Positions 42,330 through 45,005 of a stretch of 45,005 nucleotides of DNA are shown in pieces. The DNA comes from a virus: IMG/VR virus record IMGVR_UViG_3300010962_000004; one strand, given 5' to 3'. The notes below the pieces were generated by a model, which saw nothing but the letters and a program-made list of their open reading frames with translations, ran no database searches and was not told the origin of the DNA. Position 1 is the stretch's first letter, and every line of letters begins with the position of its first letter. The position numbers and the translations under genes were made by a program.

Positions 42330-42658
42330 AATTCATACCGTCGTCGGCTCGGTATCACAGCGCTTTGATTATTATATAAGCTAAATTATTAGCTAAATTG
42401 ACTATAGACATTGACCTAAAATAACTTATATGCTATTATTTGTGCATAGCTAAATAAGACTTTAAAAAGCCTGTTAAATCAACATTTTGAACCGTTCCCC
42501 AACGATAAAATGATTTTATATAGGTTGTCTTTTCTATTGTCTTAAAGCGAATAACTTAGCTTATGAACACAGTATAATAGCACAAAAGTTATTTGTCAAA
42601 CTAAAATGACTTAAAAGTTATTATATTTTCTTCATAAGCTCATGAAAGGCTGATACTA
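42330..42658. promoter_or_regulatory. Immunity switch region with divergent promoters and repeated operator-like motifs
   Basis: AATAACTT at 42419-42426 and 42549-42556. Its complement AAGTTATT at 42585-42592 and 42614-42621, flanking a TATAAT box at 42572-42577. TAGCTAAAT-like motif three times in 42385-42457. Confidence 0.55.
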
Positions 42659-43081
42659 ATGGGTTTAGTTGAAAGAATAAAACTTTTATGTGACGAGAAA
42701 AAAACTAATTTTGCTGAGGTTGAAAGAAATATTGGCATTTCTAATGGTCAAATCAGAAGATGGAATACATCTACCCCTGGTACAGATAAGTTAGAAATGG
42801 TGGCAGATTATTTTGATGTATCTGTTGACTACTTACTTGGTCGCACAGATAAAAAACGTTACTACGATTTAACAGAAAAAGATGAACGTGATATCGAAAG
42901 AGATCTGGAGCGAATCCTTAACAGTGCGGAAAGTGAACTCGGTCTTGCATCATTCGATGGTCGAGTATTAGATGAAATGGATCAAGAGGACAGGGAACTA
43001 TACATTACCTCATTGAGAAATGCTTTGAGATTGCATAAGAGACTTGCCAAGAAAAAATTCACTCCTAAAAAGTATCGATAA
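42659..43081 (+). CDS. XRE-family HTH immunity repressor (ImmR/CI-like)
   Basis: FAEVERNIGISNGQIRRWNTSTPGTDKLEMVADYFDVSVDYLLGRTD. Followed by an ImmA-like protease gene. Confidence 0.85.
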   Translation: MGLVERIKLLCDEKKTNFAEVERNIGISNGQIRRWNTSTPGTDKLEMVADYFDVSVDYLLGRTDKKRYYDLTEKDERDIERDLERILNSAESELGLASFDGRVLDEMDQEDRELYITSLRNALRLHKRLAKKKFTPKKYR

Positions 43082-43100
43082 GTAGATAAGGCGTGATGTT

Positions 43101-43511
43101 ATGGATACAAATAAATTGATTAAACAATTAATAAAAAAGTACGGCACATCTAATCCTTTTAAAATTGCCAAGGCTATGGATATAACGATTGTATATGAAG
43201 ATTTAGGGAGTTCGTGGGGTTATTTCAGTAATTTATACAGAACCTTTATTATCCATATAAATAAGAATTTATCCTATGAAAAACAAATGCTAACTTGTGC
43301 TCATGAACTCGGTCACGTTATCCAACATCCTGAGCACAACATGGCTTTTTTAAAAGCAAACACGTTTTTTTCAACAGATAAATACGAAATGGAAGCCAAT
43401 CTATTTGCGGTTGAATTACTATTTTCTGATAACGACAATCCTATTACTTATGAAGAAGCAGTGAATACATACGGAGTACCAGAGCAATTTCTAAAAAATT
43501 TTTTACCCTAA
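43101..43511 (+). CDS. ImmA/IrrE-family zinc metalloprotease (anti-repressor protease)
   Basis: HELGH motif within CAHELGHVIQHPEH. Canonical position between the repressor and integrase genes. Confidence 0.85.
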   Translation: MDTNKLIKQLIKKYGTSNPFKIAKAMDITIVYEDLGSSWGYFSNLYRTFIIHINKNLSYEKQMLTCAHELGHVIQHPEHNMAFLKANTFFSTDKYEMEANLFAVELLFSDNDNPITYEEAVNTYGVPEQFLKNFLP

Positions 43512-43587
43512 ACAGAACATGCATTCTATTAAAGGTGGTGATTAGTTAGAGCATATCTGAAAGTTAAATCGAAAGGAGAAATTTTAA

Positions 43588-44778
43588 ATGGCAAGTATCG
43601 TAAAACGTGGAGAAAATTCATATCGTTTCACTGTTTATTTACCTAAAGATGCAAAAGGTAGGTATCCACGTGAGACAAAAACTATTACTATAGAAGAAAA
43701 AATGACTCCAAAGCAGTTAAAGGAATTTTTAGATCGAGAGTATCTAAAATTCAAAAATGAAGTTTTGTCAGGAAATTATGTAAAGGTAGAAAAAATCCTC
43801 TTTAAAGATTTTGCAGAACAATGGGAAAAGGATTTTGCCTCAACTCTTGCTTTAACCACTTATGGGAATCATCAGCGGAAATTAGAACTTCATATAAATC
43901 CTATTATTGGCCATATGCCAATGGATCAAATCAACGCATTCCATCTTATGTCAGTTGTGAGAGATATGAAAAGATATGATGGTAAAGATGAGCCAGTAAC
44001 CTATCATAGTAAACAAGATGTGTATAGAACATTAAAAAGCATATTTAAGTATGCTGTGAAGTGGAATGTTTTATCTAACAACCCTATGGATGGAGTTGAA
44101 AAGCCTCGTCCAAGCGATACTGATGATGTTGATAAAGAAATGCAAATTTATGAAGAAGATGAGATTGAAACATTAATGTATATGTTACAAAGTGAACCTG
44201 AACTATGGAAAATGATGTTCACTTTAGCACTAGCTGCCGGATTACGAAAAGGAGAATTGTTAGGTTTAGAGTGGAAAGACGTAGATTTTGAGAATCAACA
44301 GATATACATTCACCAATCTATTGTTTTGACTAAACAAGGTCCACATATCAAAGCTACTAAAACCAAAAAATCTAAACGTTATGTGACATTACCTGAGTCA
44401 GTTATGGAAGAATTAAAAGCATATCGTATACATTGGGCAAAAGAAAAATTGAAAAAAGGTGATAAATGGATAGAACAAGATAGAGAATGGCTATTCCATT
44501 CATTTGATGGTACTCATTTATATCCAACAAGCCCTTCTAAACATTGGAAAAATTTTATCGATGGGCATAACTTTAAGTACATTAGGTTACATGATTTGAG
44601 ACATACTTCAGCATCATTATTAATCGCACAAGGTGTGCACGCTAAAATTATTAGTGAACGTTTGGGGCACGCTGATATTTCAGTGACAATGAACACGTAT
44701 GGACATGCTTTTAAATCTGCCGATCGTGCAGCTGCTGACAAATTAGATAACTTCTTTAAAGTAAAAAAACAATCTTAA
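43588..44778 (+). CDS. int: Tyrosine site-specific integrase
   Basis: LAAGLRKGELLGLEW (Arg box), LHDLRHTSASLL (HxxR), GHADISVTMNTYGH (catalytic Tyr). Confidence 0.92.
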   Translation: MASIVKRGENSYRFTVYLPKDAKGRYPRETKTITIEEKMTPKQLKEFLDREYLKFKNEVLSGNYVKVEKILFKDFAEQWEKDFASTLALTTYGNHQRKLELHINPIIGHMPMDQINAFHLMSVVRDMKRYDGKDEPVTYHSKQDVYRTLKSIFKYAVKWNVLSNNPMDGVEKPRPSDTDDVDKEMQIYEEDEIETLMYMLQSEPELWKMMFTLALAAGLRKGELLGLEWKDVDFENQQIYIHQSIVLTKQGPHIKATKTKKSKRYVTLPESVMEELKAYRIHWAKEKLKKGDKWIEQDREWLFHSFDGTHLYPTSPSKHWKNFIDGHNFKYIRLHDLRHTSASLLIAQGVHAKIISERLGHADISVTMNTYGHAFKSADRAAADKLDNFFKVKKQS

Positions 44779-44805
44779 TACCAGTTAAAATAACTGGTGC
44801 TATAT

Positions 44806-44838
44806 TGGTGTTAAACTGGTGTTAAACTGGTGTTAAAA
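44806..44838 (+). promoter_or_regulatory. Three tandem (T/C)TGGTGTTAAA repeats, candidate integrase arm-type sites (P arm)
   Basis: 11-mers at 44806-44816, 44817-44827 and 44828-44838, about 30 nt after the int stop codon. Confidence 0.5.
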
Positions 44839-44862
44839 TTGTTTATAAATAATTGTAATCAA

Positions 44863-44882
44863 CGATAATTAATGATAAATAC
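44863..44882. repeat. Second copy of the 20-bp repeat acgataattaatgataaata
   Basis: Exact match to 162-181. Confidence 0.9.
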
Positions 44883-44950
44883 TTTTTAAAAAGCTTTTAT
44901 TAACGGCATTTATTGCTATTATTTATAAATAATTTTCGTGTAACAACTCA

Positions 44951-45005
44951 TTTGAGGAGTGGTGGTTTAAAACTTTCTATAATAACTACGGCATACGCGG
45001 CTTTT
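44951..45005. repeat. Terminal 55-nt exact duplicate of 1-55
   Basis: Exact identity seen in sequence. Confidence 0.95.

Larger units (their letters stand above)
1..45005. mobile_element. Complete temperate myovirus-like phage genome, apparently circularly closed (integrase, immunity, early/replication, head, contractile tail, lysis, accessory island)
   Basis: Near-continuous phage gene order on the minus strand, plus a plus-strand repressor, ImmA-like protease and tyrosine integrase. The first 55 nt are repeated exactly at the end of the window. Confidence 0.85.

Overview
The window is one complete temperate contractile-tailed phage genome from a low-GC, spore-forming Firmicute (Bacillaceae-like Shine-Dalgarno sites, and GerAC-, AbrB- and ImmR/ImmA-type genes). 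Bases 1-55 are identical to 44951-45005, so it reads as a closed circle of about 44,950 bp. Layout: a decayed att-proximal stretch (1-775); an accessory island with an orphan GerAC-like lipoprotein, a small unknown protein and a C5 DNA methyltransferase (776-3802); then on the minus strand lysis (3892-4931), a P2/PBSX-type tail and baseplate (5018-19187), an HK97/lambda-type head and terminase (19184-26389), a 0.7-kb non-coding gap (27135-27860), an ArpU-type late regulator, a replication/recombination block (28359-36602) and an early block with AbrB-like and HNH genes; finally plus-strand immunity repressor, ImmA-like protease and integrase (42659-44778). Main findings: (1) the tape measure gene is split by a 250-nt element with contiguous P1/P10 guide pairing, a U-G 5' splice site and a terminal G, consistent with an ORF-less group I intron; (2) four tandem 20-bp palindromes lie next to a 23-aa hydrophobic toxin-like mini-ORF; (3) four plus-strand small genes with duplicated extended -10 promoters sit antisense inside the early operon; (4) the GerAC-like, methyltransferase and small-protein island adjoins a lysin remnant. 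No tRNA, rRNA or CRISPR array was seen. All homology statements come from reading motifs by eye, not from database searches.
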